Notes under the pieces: model-generated
The model's database searches: none
Seen by the model: the letters and a program-made list of their open reading frames with translations, nothing else
What the model was told of the DNA's origin: nothing
NCBI GenBank assembly: GCA_051362555.1
Contig: CM120644.1
Span: 15,894,534 to 15,958,533 of the forward strand
Source of the DNA: Lingula anatina
Taxonomy: Eukaryota > Animalia > Brachiopoda
DNA length: 64,000 nucleotides
Reading direction: 5' to 3'
Made by a program: the position numbers and the translations under genes
Part shown: positions 52,236 through 64,000 of the stretch, in pieces
How the letters are laid out: the number at the start of each line of letters is the position of its first letter
Numbering within the stretch: the first letter of the stretch is position 1

Positions 52236-52615
52236 CCTTCAGCTCGACTCGAACTCTCACTTTTCTGCTTCCGAGTCTGTCGTCTATCCCACTGAGCCAC
52301 TGCCTCAGCTTGTTTGTAAGAAGGTAAAAGAATCCTTCTATCGTGGTTTAAATTACCTATTTAGAATTTTTTGGCAAAAGGTAATTTGCTGGGACCTAGA
52401 AGCGCCAGGTTTTGAACCTGGTGTTGCTGTGTCCGAGTCGCGCGTGCTGTCCACTCCTCTAAGTGTTCCCGCCCACCCACCCCTGGTAGACTTTTCTCTT
52501 ATAGTAACCAACCGGAAATTCAAAAAGGCCTTCTTGAAAAATATCTACTTATTTCCAAACACCCAACCCAGGATTCGAACCCCAACCCCTAGAAACCCAC
52601 TGAGCCAATGAAACA
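52236..52615 (-). other. Three tandem degenerate tRNA-like (Pol III A-box/B-box) cassettes, copy 1
   Basis: On the minus strand: TGGCTCAGTGG...GGTTCGAATCC (52568-52608); TAGAGGAGTGG...ccagg-TTCAAAA-cctgg (52400-52472); TGGCTCAGTGG...AGTTCGAGTC (52240-52308). Confidence 0.65.
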
Positions 52616-55600
52616 CTAAGGCATTTCTCACAGATTTCTAAAGTTTTATTAAGAGCAAAATAAATTTCCATATATACATCAATACATTTTAGGCATATTT
52701 CTGTCAAGCATCATTAAAAGAAATAAAATTATTATTATCATTGTTCAGTATATATAAGACAAAGTTACATCAGAGATTTTTCTGAAATATGTACACCTTT
52801 CTATTTGTTCAATTTTACAAATAAACTACCAACAAAACTACTTGACTTTTAGCTGGGCTCATTCCAATGTATTAAAATAAAAAAAGGATGCATTAAAAAA
52901 ACAAGGATATATTTGGTCACTTCTTCCTTCTCAGAGGCAATGGCTGACATAGTACCCTCCCCCTTCCCATGAATTTGGTAAGAAATAAAAACAGCCAAGT
53001 AACGAACTGATATAATCGAGTGCTAAAAATGCTCCAAATTTCCATGAATTTTAAAACTTAATATATAGCCCCTTATAGTATATCCTAGACTCGCTGCCAT
53101 TGCGTCTCTTTATAACAAAAAGTGATATGAAAACTATTCCGGTAAACGGTCTTTTTGAAATGTAATGCCATGGAGGAATACGAGAATTACTGTTTCGAAG
53201 AAAAAAGTGACATGCTTTCAGTTTTGCAAAAAATGTCATAAAGCGTTTGTAAAATAATGTTCAGCTTTGAGTCGGGAATTGAAAAATAAGATGAACCAAA
53301 AAGGTTCCGTTACAATATATAGAATTCAAAAAGTTTCTAACAAAAGCTATAATTTAAACAATATATATTCAACTGGCACATGTATAACACCAAGGTAAAA
53401 ATCAAGGGACATGTACACTCTGTATCATCTTTAATTAAAAATAACTTTTAAGAAATATTTTGCTACTTTCTTTCATCAAATCATCCCAAATTCGAGACAA
53501 AAGACATCGCCTCGGTGTCTGCTGGTCGATTTGGTAGTTTGCCGAAAAGAATTTTGTAGAATTTGGTAAACAGAAAAAAAACTTTCTATTACATGAATGT
53601 CCCTTCATTTTTACGCGAAAAATAATCTGTGCAACAAATTAATATCCGTGCGTCAGTTATATTGTACGATAAAAAGGTCCATCTTTACATTCCACTATCC
53701 TTTAATTTAGACAATTGATTTCGCTTATTTTTCTTATTAAACGCTTTGTTAATTATCTGGATATTTTTCGAGAATTCTGATTAACAAACTGACATGAGTA
53801 CCAAAATATTAAGAAAGTCTCTTTCCCATTCTACGCACAGTAAAACAACTACACTTATATTCGCCAATCAGACTTTATTAGTCAGAAAAGTTTCGCAAAA
53901 GAAAACTTAAGAGATATTTTATTCTGAGGAAGACAGCAAGGTTTGAGGCATGATTAAGACTTGATCGTTTTTATTTCTTTTCATTCTAACATTCAACTTC
54001 AAACAAACACCAAAGTTTTTAGACCACGTTTTTAACTACTAAGATTTCAGTGTCACCAGTCGCGCTTGTAATGAAATTTTGCACATTGAATTCAACTACG
54101 GATGTCAAAAACGAGAATGTTAAACAGCCAAAACGGTCTCCTAGATTAAATAATTTTCAAAACTTTGACGAATGAAAAAATTGGAATTTGGTCAATATAA
54201 AGGTCCAGCGCGAACTGCATATTTCCAGGAAGCAAAAAATATCTAATTTCATGGGTTTATAGAAGTATTTCTTATGCTGGGCTCAAACTTAAGATTAAAA
54301 TGCCCACGGTGCTTAATATTTTCTGAGCTAGCAAAAACACGTTTTTCAAATATTTTATTCGCCATAGAATTAAACCTTCAGACAAAGATTGCTGTCTTCA
54401 TAAAGAACACCTCCAAAAATACCATTTTAAAATACCATGCAACACGCGCAAACTTTTCATTAAAAAAGAATGTATCAAGGCATAAGGGACAAATTTATTC
54501 ATCAGAAAAAGATATCGCAATTTAAAATATACCAGATTTCAAATATTCAATATTTTCTCTGTTAAATTCGTGACGTCTTAAATAAAAATGGCAAGAAAAT
54601 GCCTTTGAAAAGAGATTTGAACCTTTCTGAATAGCGTGATATTGAAATTGTAAGCATTGAAAAGTAGAGTTTCAAAAGTAAGACCGAAATCCCTTATGCC
54701 TTACAAAGTGCATTTAAAAATCGGTCACAAAATCAGCACAGTTGCAATTGATCTCATATATTTTCACCGATTGAAACATTAAAAGTTTATTTGTGAGATC
54801 GGACCAGAGCCCCAAAAAGAAGTATATCAATACACCCATATTATGCTCTTTAATTTTGAATGGAAGTATATGTTCATACCTATCCTAGTATATTGCGATT
54901 TGCTACCAACTGCTCACTACACGTACTGTATAAATGTCAACATGCCAATGGCTAAGATTTTAAACTGGTCACTTCACAACATTTCCTCACGTGCACGTGA
55001 CAATTTTTCAGCGTAAACCGTTTGCTACCTTTGCTATATATCTAACAACGTACTTCAAAATACTGGAGGTAAACACGAGGTGCAACTGCAATTTTCATGA
55101 GACGTGAAGAAACGAAGACGTAATGGAGGAACCAAAATGTCACGTGGGGAAAATATTGGGGAATGACTCAAATCCGTTTTAAGCTAGCATGCCACAAAAT
55201 ACTTTCAAAAATAGAATCACAAATGCATCATCATTACAAACCCAACATACTGGTTAAATATCTTACACGGTTTCGCTGTTCAAATCGGTTGAAATTGAAA
55301 TAATATTCCATACTTAGAAGCATCTCGATCGCCTTGTGTCCATTCCCTGGTCACTCAGAACTGAAGTAGTCACGTCTCTTTTCAGAGGGTACGTTCATGT
55401 AGTATAAAAGGGGGCGAGGTAGGCCGAAGTAACCATTTTTTTCTGTTCAACAGTCACCACTATCTGACAGATGTAACTTGGTTAAAATTTTACTCGATTC
55501 AAAATATATGAAACGCATTGGTGTTCGACATACATCAAAATATCCAAGAAGTAAATAAATCCCAGAACCTTACCCACCCTAAAACAAAATTGCATTATGT

Positions 55601-57461
55601 AGGTCACAGGCTATCCAAATGAGGTCCACTGCACGCTTTCTACCGAGTAGTTTTCGCTCCTAAAGCTCCATCGGGTGGGAAAAGAAATCTTCTCTGATGC
55701 AATCGGTAGCTTAGCAGATTGTGCTGGGTTTATAATTTCAGTGGCAAGAAAAGAATTTTATTTGTGAATGTTCAATTACAAGATGCTTTATGACTGTTTT
55801 CTCTATATATAATACCAAATGAATGTGTGGGTGAGTTTGATAATTTACTTGGGAATACATGCGATTACATGTGATTCACTGTAAGCAAATGTGCCGTAAA
55901 AATTACACTTAATATGCTACATAACCTTAACACGATATCCTAATATGAACTGCACACCGAAACTTATTTATTTCATGTCATTAAGTCAGAAGGGTTCGTT
56001 TTAGACAGAGCCGTAGGCCGTGTGTTACGTGGAGGGTTGGCAATTGCCCCCGACCTAGTTATTTTACATTTTATTTTACATGCTATTTTTGCTAAACTTT
56101 TCCTCTCTCCCGGTCCATCAGACGTCGCTAAAATTTACCTTGTCTTCAAATGTTGATATTTATTTATTTACGTGCACAAGCGTCACCGACAAGTGAAACC
56201 CAGACAAGCGTACAATGAATTAGCGCCACAGTTCACAGTCCACAGTCAACCGATGCCTAACTTCAAATGCAGACTCTATACTTTACGCCCCCCATCTCCT
56301 ATATTTTGTTTTCTGAATGGAAAGACCCGCACCACCATTCCAACACAAACACGCATACACACTTACGACTGGATTCGTACGCGAATGGCAAAGAACGTTT
56401 TAGTAATTTTAGCAAATACATTCGCCAGTGACATAGTAATTTAGCAAATACATTCGGCAGTGACATGTCCTGTTGATTTGGTTTTAAATTAATTTGGTCC
56501 AACTCACAGAGCAAAGGGCTATATAACTTTATTATTGCAAACAGCACACTTATATGAGCATAAACATTATTTTTATTTTATTATCATTATTATTATTATA
56601 CTTGCATGAAATACATATCTAATCTCTTTCTGCATCAATGTGGCAGAAATCGAGTTACGTTGGGTAGTATAAAAAAATCAGCAAAATATTCGCCTCAAGT
56701 GTGTTGCCACAAATAAAACGTCATTTGTACATTTTTATAATAATGATAATTCAGTGCAAATAATGCCACTTACCTCATTCATCTCGGCAAAAGACCTGCC
56801 TTCGTTATTTACGAGGCAACAGTGTGAAATTTATACCCAACTTAAACTGTCTTTTAGCCTGTCTGAAAAAAATCTTTACAATTAGAAACAATTGTTTTGT
56901 TACGTGACGTCATAATGATAACGTTATATGTCACGTGTAATGGCTGAGCACACGTCTGTTGACGTCACAGAAAACTTCCTCTCAACGTTGTCACCCAAAT
57001 TACGTCATTACGACATTGTACTTTTCATCGTTGTGGGTTCCGTTTGAAGCAAGACAACTTACAAGTTATTGAAATGAAACGCCTTTAAAGTGCTTTGATT
57101 TCTAGTTCATAATTTACTGCTAATATGTTTTTCTTTTTTATATAACAATAAATCTGTTGGCAACGCCGTCGATTTAGAGAAAAGCACATTTTGACTTCTC
57201 TAACACAATCCCGCAGTAGCGATTAAGCTGGATTCATTCAGTGATCTGTGGAACCTGTTTGATATTATGACGGCTGATAAAACGTGATTGGTTTTGCCAT
57301 AATGGTCTTTACAGACCACGCTCCCCGTTACAATATGAGGATCCATTATGCCATATCAAATTAAAAAAAAAGAAAAATACAAAAAAGGAGGGCTAAATTT
57401 TAAATCGAGGCTTCCGTACGGAAAGTGGATGGCCTATATACATTGTTATGAAAATCAGGTG

Positions 57462-58575
57462 AGCAATTTGGTGAGAGGTGCTCAGATACGACCAAGGTCA
57501 GGAGAAGAAAGAAGAGATGGCGAAGAAAGAAGCCTCATGTCGAAATGCTACGGATTTTACAGGTAAGCTGGACGTTTTACACCTAAACTGGCAACAATTT
57601 GTTGTAGGTACTGTGTGTAGACTGGGGCCTTCATATATGTGTACGTAAAAAAATGAAGGTTTAATTTGCGTTGACGATATTTGCCGTAAATAGTGCGTTC
57701 CACATTTTAGTCATGATAACCACATGAATATTTTGTTACATTATATTTCAATGGCCCTTTCCTAAGTCGAGCACAGGCGGCTAAAATAGATTATTTTCTT
57801 TTGTTTGACAGGGAGGACGCTTTTGCCACTATATATATAACCACTGAACCAGTAAAGGGCGTATTGCTGCTTTCAAGCTGTCTGAACTCGCTTTGTCTTC
57901 AACGATGTAATATGGCTAGACAGGTAATAACATCTCCGGCTCCATATGGACCTGTTATTTTACTGCTGACTTTACGGCGATTTTTCTTGATTTCTTTTAC
58001 GTTCCGTCCCTTGATACAATGAATTACAGTCTAGAAACTAGTTCAAGATACTCTTTCTAAATATACACGTTTTAAAAGGGTTGATCCAAACATGTCAACG
58101 AAATGAAAGGAAATGATGCTATTGGCACAAGTATTTTCAACACTACACGTTAGTGATCAATTGCATAAAGAACGAACGAAACCTCTGGGAGGGGGTGAAT
58201 TTTAGATATGATAAATGTGAATTTAAAATTTACTCGTTGTGTAGGTGTGTTCAGGGTATAAAAGTTTATTCGTGTGATTTACAATTTAAATAGTAATGTG
58301 TTTAATACAAGAACACGTGTACCAAATTTGGCTTTTGTAATGATCATACACTTTTTTAGAAAACCCTTAAGCATCGTTTTGCTAATGTGAATTCCTTCGT
58401 TGAATTTCAGTGACTTTAACCACCCCTGGAAAGGACATTGGTAGCATCCTCCACCAAAGACCTCAGTTTCGTGTTCGCCAGTACCCGATCGCGAGCCACG
58501 ATTGCCTCGCTTGCCGACGTTTGTCATCTAGACTTTTTGCAGGGTTGACATTTAATATGAAATGCACAGTTTGCT
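57462..58575 (+). ncRNA. Candidate spliced non-coding transcript, copy 2
   Basis: Donor at 57562/3, exon 57812-57923, acceptor at 58410 with a CTAAT branch-like motif at 58382-58386. Outer ends are approximate. Confidence 0.35.
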
Positions 58576-58709
58576 TTGGGTGGTAATAATTTTCGCCAAA
58601 ATGCACGTGTATCAGATGAAGCATCGCGCGTAACGAGTATTTTATTCATGAACCTTTATATGAGAAAAAAAGAAAGAGCTTAAATCTGTATTAAGTGTCG
58701 ACCCTGCAC

Positions 58710-59095
58710 TGCACATATTCCACACCCACTACGAATTCTACGAACCGCCAGGAATTGATAAACCCCATGGTACTTAGTTTAATCGTGATAAATTATTAAA
58801 GCGCTTAACTGATCCTAGTTTATTTGGTTTTTCTTGCAATTCTGAAAGAGAGTGAAATCGAAACTGGTTTAAAACCAGTCTTCCATTTATCACCTGTTGA
58901 TGTTCATTCTTCAGTTCTATGACCAAGTACTTCAGCTTCTCTTATGTTGAGCATTCATTTTGCAAGTGAATTTAAGCCAAAACAGGGACAAAATGTCTTC
59001 CTGAAATGTACAAAATTTCACGACTCCTCTCGATTTCTAAACTTAGACAATTCCTGGCAGTTCGTGGAATTCGCAGTCGGTGTAGAATAGGGGGA
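58710..59095. mobile_element. Inverted-repeat element inside the 9 kb unit (copy 2)
   Basis: tattccacacc...gaattctacgaaccgccaggaattg / caattcctggcagttcgtggaattc...ggtgtagaata; paralog of 49608-50000. Confidence 0.7.
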
Positions 59096-60118
59096 TAAGT
59101 CCCATGAAGAGTCCGCGTACAGTTATATGTCGTAGCACAGTACTCTATCTGTCCATGGTGTGTTTTGGTTAATTTATGTGACTTTTTTAGTTCGGAAAAA
59201 AGGTGGCCATCGGTTCCTGGAACCGGAACGAAACTTGTGAAATAACATTTTAAGAGAAATTATGTCAGTACAAAAGTGCTTCGCTTAAGTAAGTATTGTG
59301 TGAAAATAATCAATGCAGTGATTGTTGTAAAGTTATCACTAATGTTCAGGAAGAGTACTGTGCTAGTACGACCTTCAATTGTTTTTTATTTATTTATTTT
59401 TTTGTTTGTTTGTTTGTTTTTGTTTTTGCGGTAATGTATATCGTGTGGGCAAATCTGCAATTAGACATATTGCTTTGCACTTGTTTTTATTCCATTTGAA
59501 TAGATCTCTAACATTTAACTTGATTAGGTTAAACCCTGGGAACAAAATTCGCAACATCATTACGTCTAGTGCATATAGGTGACTTTTATTACTATGTTGT
59601 TTGTAAAGTTGTAAAAAAAATTCGAGATAACGATCTGCAAAAATTAGAACTTTGACTGGTTTGCTTCAGAAATAACGGTATTATGAAACTGCACAAATGT
59701 GCCAAGGTTAATGCAGAATTGCCCACACGTTTTGAATAAGTATTCTTAAAACCGTGAAAATGGAATTGTGACGTATGCTAGGAATAAACTTGCTTTGGTT
59801 CTCGGTGTTTTGATAGCGTGTGTATTCAAATATCACAAACCAGAAATGGGGTTATCATCAAGAAACAACTGGTTAATTATTATAAGTGGATTATTTCGGA
59901 GCTTTTATCATTAAAATGTCTATGTTGGACTGGCATTTATCATAACCTTTTCCACTTTGAATTTTTGAAAATTGCTTATCAAACTCAAATTGATTATTAT
60001 ACCTTTGTGAAAATTTAATATTTGGGGTAGCGAGTATGTCCACGATATTGATTTAAGGCCACCAACTTTTTCCAATCTTCTACAAGTACAATATGAATGA
60101 ATTCATTGAGAAATTTAC

Positions 60119-60149
<31 letters not shown>

Positions 60150-61351
60150 GAAAATTTCATAAGACTTTATCAACGCCTATCGCTATTTTAAAGCAGTTCT
60201 TTCACATTGCCAATTATTTGCGACTTTACCAAATTATCATCTAAACATAATATTTTTCATGGTTATTTTGTTTCTCTCAATAAACATCAAAAATCGACAT
60301 TCATAAAAATATACGCATAAAAAATTGTCCTATTTGCCATTTTTAGAACTAATTTTTACCAAAACTTTGTAGCTAGGCGTTCTATGTTATGTTGGTCTTG
60401 TACACAGTACTTCTAAAATTCTGCAACTTCTAAAATTCTGCAATTTGGTAAGGTCAAAGGATAATTGAAAAAAAAAAGCGCATATTATGCCAGTCCAACA
60501 CGTCCTAATGGGTTATATATGCTTGGTGTCTCTTGATCACTGAACACCGGGAACCAGAGTTAAATTTATCAGTATTTTCTGAATCAATGTGTTGGTAAGT
60601 TATATCAAGTAAGCTGATTTTTGTGTATTCAATTTCTTGTGTGTATTATGCCTAAGATGGATATGGATTAGATACAGTTGTAAAATCACCATGCTTTTTA
60701 TGTCGTTCCTGATTCGCACGCTTAGCTGTGAAACTTGTTTTCTAAGGAAAAAATTTAGCAGATACATGTACATGTTTTAGGATTTGATGTGAGCTACATA
60801 TATCTATCAATTAGTAGGACAACCAAAAATCTTTGAGAAATAATTTGTTTTGGCTCAGTCTTTGGTTTTGCGTGCGAACTTCAGCGCGACGACATAGAAC
60901 AAGGAGTGTTTGTATATTTGAGGTGAATGACATTATATGCATTTTGAATTCCCGTATGCGAATGAACTACTGAGTTTACGCAATTTTTTCAATGAAATAA
61001 AATAAATGAACAAAGTTCAATTAAATTTTAATCGGACCTAACCCTGTAAATTCTATTTTCTGGCTTTTACATTGTTGGCTGCTTCATTCCACAGAATCGT
61101 TTCTATATATAAAAATAAAAATGTAGTTTGAGTAGTGATTTTCAAAATGCATAGAATGTCTGACTTGTTGGTGGATCGTAGCTTTTCCATTTTTGACTTG
61201 TAAAATAATTAAAATAGGAATTGCTTTTAATGTAGAATACAAATGTCATTTTAATTTAGTCTAATTGTAAATAATGAAATTGTTTCAACTCGTTAGAAAA
61301 GTAATAAACTTATATCAGTTAGATTTTTGTCAAAATGTGTTGATTCTTTCT

Positions 61352-61731
61352 CCTTCAGCTCGACTCGAACTCTTTCTCTTCTGCTTCCGAGTCTGTCGTC
61401 TATCCCACTGAGCCACTGCCTCAGCTTGTTCGTAAGAAGGTAAAAGAATCCTTCTATCGTGGTTTAAATTACCTATTTAGAATTTTTTGGCAAAAGGTAA
61501 TTTGCTGGGACCTAGAAGCGCCAGGTTTTGAACCTGGTGTTGCTGTGTCCGAGTCGCGCGTGCTGTCCACTCCTCTAAGTGTTCCCGCCCACCCACCCCT
61601 GGTAGACTTTTCTCTTATAGTAACCAACCGGAAATTCAAAAAGGCCTTCTTGAAAAATATCTACTTATTTCCAAACTCCCAACCCAGGATTCGAACCCCA
61701 ACCCCTAGAAACCCACTGAGCCAATGAAACA
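61352..61731 (-). other. Three tandem degenerate tRNA-like cassettes, copy 2
   Basis: Near-identical paralog of 52236-52615 with all A and B boxes unchanged. Confidence 0.65.
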
Positions 61732-64000
61732 CTAAGGCATTTCTCACAGATTTCTAAAGTTTTATTAAGAGCAAAATAAATTTCCATATATACATCAATA
61801 CATTTAAGGCATCTTTCTGCCAAGCTTCATTAAAAGAAATTATTATTAACATTGTTCACTATATATAAGACAAAGTTACATCAGAGATTTTCTGAAATAT
61901 GTACACCTTTCTATTTGTTCAATTTTACAAATAAACTACCAACAAAACTACTTGACTTATAGCTGGGCTCATTCCAATGTATTAAAATACAAAACGATGC
62001 ATTAAAAAACAAGGATATATTTGGTCACTTCTTCCTTCTCAGAGGCAATGGCTGACAAAGTACCCTCCCCATCCCCATGAATTTGGTAAGAAATAAAAAC
62101 TGCCAAGTAACGAACTGATATAATCGAGTGCTAAATTAAAAATGCTCCAAATTTCCATGAATTTCAAAACTTTATATATAGCCCCTTATAGTATATCATA
62201 GACTCGCTGCCATTGCGTCTCTTTATAACAAAAAGTGATATGAAAACTATTCCGATAAACGGTCTTTTTGAAATTTAATGCCATGGAGGAATTCGAGAAT
62301 TACCGTTTCGAAGAAAAAAGTGACATGCTTTCAGTTTTGCAAAAAATGTCATAAAGCGTTTGTAAAATAATTTTCAGCTTTGAGTCGGGAATTGAAAAAT
62401 AAGATGAACCAAAAAGGTTCCGTTACAATATATAGAATTCAAAAAGTTTCTACTTTCTTTCATCAAATCATCCCAAATTCGAGACAAAAAACATTGTCTC
62501 GGTGTCTGCTGGTCGATTTGGTCAATTGCCGAAAAGAATTCTGTAGAATTTGGTAAACAGAAAAAAACTTTCTATTACATGAATGTCCCTTCATCTTTAC
62601 GCGAAAAATAATCTGTGCAACAAATTAATATCCGTGCGTCAGTTATATTGTACAATAAAAAGGTCCATTTTTACATTCCACTATCCTTTAATTTAGACAA
62701 TTGACTCGCTTATTATTCTTATTAAACGCTTTGTTAATTATCTGGATATTTTTCGAGAATTCTGATTAACAAACTGACATGAATACCAAAATATTAAGAA
62801 AGTCTCTTTCCCATTCTACGCACAGTAAAACAACTACACTTATATTCGCCAATCAGACTTTATTAGTCAGAAAAGTTTCGCAAAAGAAAACTTAAGAGAT
62901 ATTTTATTCTGAGGAAGACAGCAAGGTTTGAGACATGATTAAGACTTGATCGTTTTTATTTCTTTTCATTCTAACATTAAACTTCAAACAAACACTAAGG
63001 TTTTTAACACCACGTTTTTAACTTCTAAGATTCTAATGTCACCAGTCGCGCTTTAATGAAAATTTGCACACTAAATTCAACAACGGATGTCTAAAACGAG
63101 AATGTTAAACAGCCAAAACGGTCTCACAGATTAAATAATTTTTAAAACTTTGACGAATGAAAAAATTGGAATTTGGTCAATATAAAGGTCCAGCGCAAAC
63201 TACATATTTCCAGGAAGCAAAAAAACATCTAATTTCATGGGTTTTTAGAAGTATTTCTTATGCTGGGCTCAAACTTAAGATTAAAATGCCCACAGTGCTT
63301 AATATTTTCTGAGCTAGCAAAAACACGTTTTTCAAATATTTTATTCGCCATAGAATTAAACCTTCAGACATACATGTATCTTGCTGTCTTCCTAAAGAAC
63401 ATCTCCAAAAATACCATTTTAAAAATGCCATGCAACACGCGTAAACTGTTCATTAAAAAAGAATGTATCAAGGCATAAGGGACAGATTTATTTATCAGAA
63501 AAAAGATGATATCGCTAACTAAAGTATACCAGATTTCAAATATTCAATATTTTCTCTGCTAAATTCGTGACGTCATAAACTAAAAATGGCACGAAAATGC
63601 CTTTGAAAAAAAAAGAGTTTTGAACTTTTGTGAATAGCCTGATATTGAAATTGTAAGCATTGAAAAGTTAAGTGCCAAAAGCAAGACCGAAATCCTTTAT
63701 GCCTTACAGAGTGGATTTTAAAGTTTGTCACAGTAATTACATGTATCATAGTTGTAATTCCGCTTATATATTTTCACCGACTGAAGCATTATAAATTTTT
63801 TGTGAAATCGCACCCAAGTCCAAACTGAAGTTAACCAATATACCTATGTAATTCTCTATAATTTTGAAGTGGAATTATATGTTTATACCTACTAGTATAT
63901 TGCATTTTACCATTAACTTCTCACTACACGTACTATAAATGTCAACATGCCAATGGCAAAGATTTTAAACTGGTCACTTCACAACATTTCCTCACGTGCA

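Larger units (their letters stand above)
47176..56136 (+). repeat. ~9 kb tandem duplication, copy 1
   Basis: Colinear with 56137-64000 at an offset of about 8960-9120 nt, e.g. accttgtctt at about 47177 and 56138, and near-identical ORF-track peptides at 52429 and 61545. Confidence 0.95.
56137..64000 (+). repeat. ~9 kb tandem duplication, copy 2 (truncated by the window end)
   Basis: The last bases ...acaacatttcctcacgtgca match copy 1 at about 54995. Confidence 0.95.

Noticed and set aside
52429-52611. Near-identical 60-aa ORFs at 52429 and 61545 (also 54274 and 63260)
   Set aside because: The identity simply reflects the DNA duplication; the first pair is the antisense reading of the tRNA-like cassettes.
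52236-52615. Calling the cassettes true tRNA-Pro genes
   Set aside because: Acceptor, D and anticodon stems do not pair properly and one module lacks the anticodon arm. Reported as tRNA-like only.

Overview
This is AT-rich animal genomic DNA, probably a mollusc or other lophotrochozoan (an inference from gene content and repeat style). It is not prokaryotic. Two spliced + strand protein-coding genes can be reconstructed by hand. (1) Ptf1a is a two-exon bHLH gene (4839-5379, 7985-8241; 265 aa) with both RBPJ/Su(H)-binding motifs, HSLSW and AKIWVPE. (2) An eight-exon secreted copper type II (DBH/TBH/MOXD-like) monooxygenase (26363-46639; 425 aa) has all six copper ligands, no DOMON domain and a Cys-rich C-terminal extension. 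From about 47176 to the end of the window lies a ~9 kb head-to-tail duplication. Each copy holds a candidate spliced non-coding transcript, nested inverted-repeat elements and three degenerate tRNA-like (Pol III A/B-box) cassettes. The rest is introns and intergenic DNA with MITEs, palindromic elements, one minisatellite and many microsatellites. I found no demonstrable new biological system. The best leads are the tRNA-like triplet in the duplicated unit, the DOMON-less monooxygenase, and PTF1-type composite sites downstream of Ptf1a and in the monooxygenase promoter.
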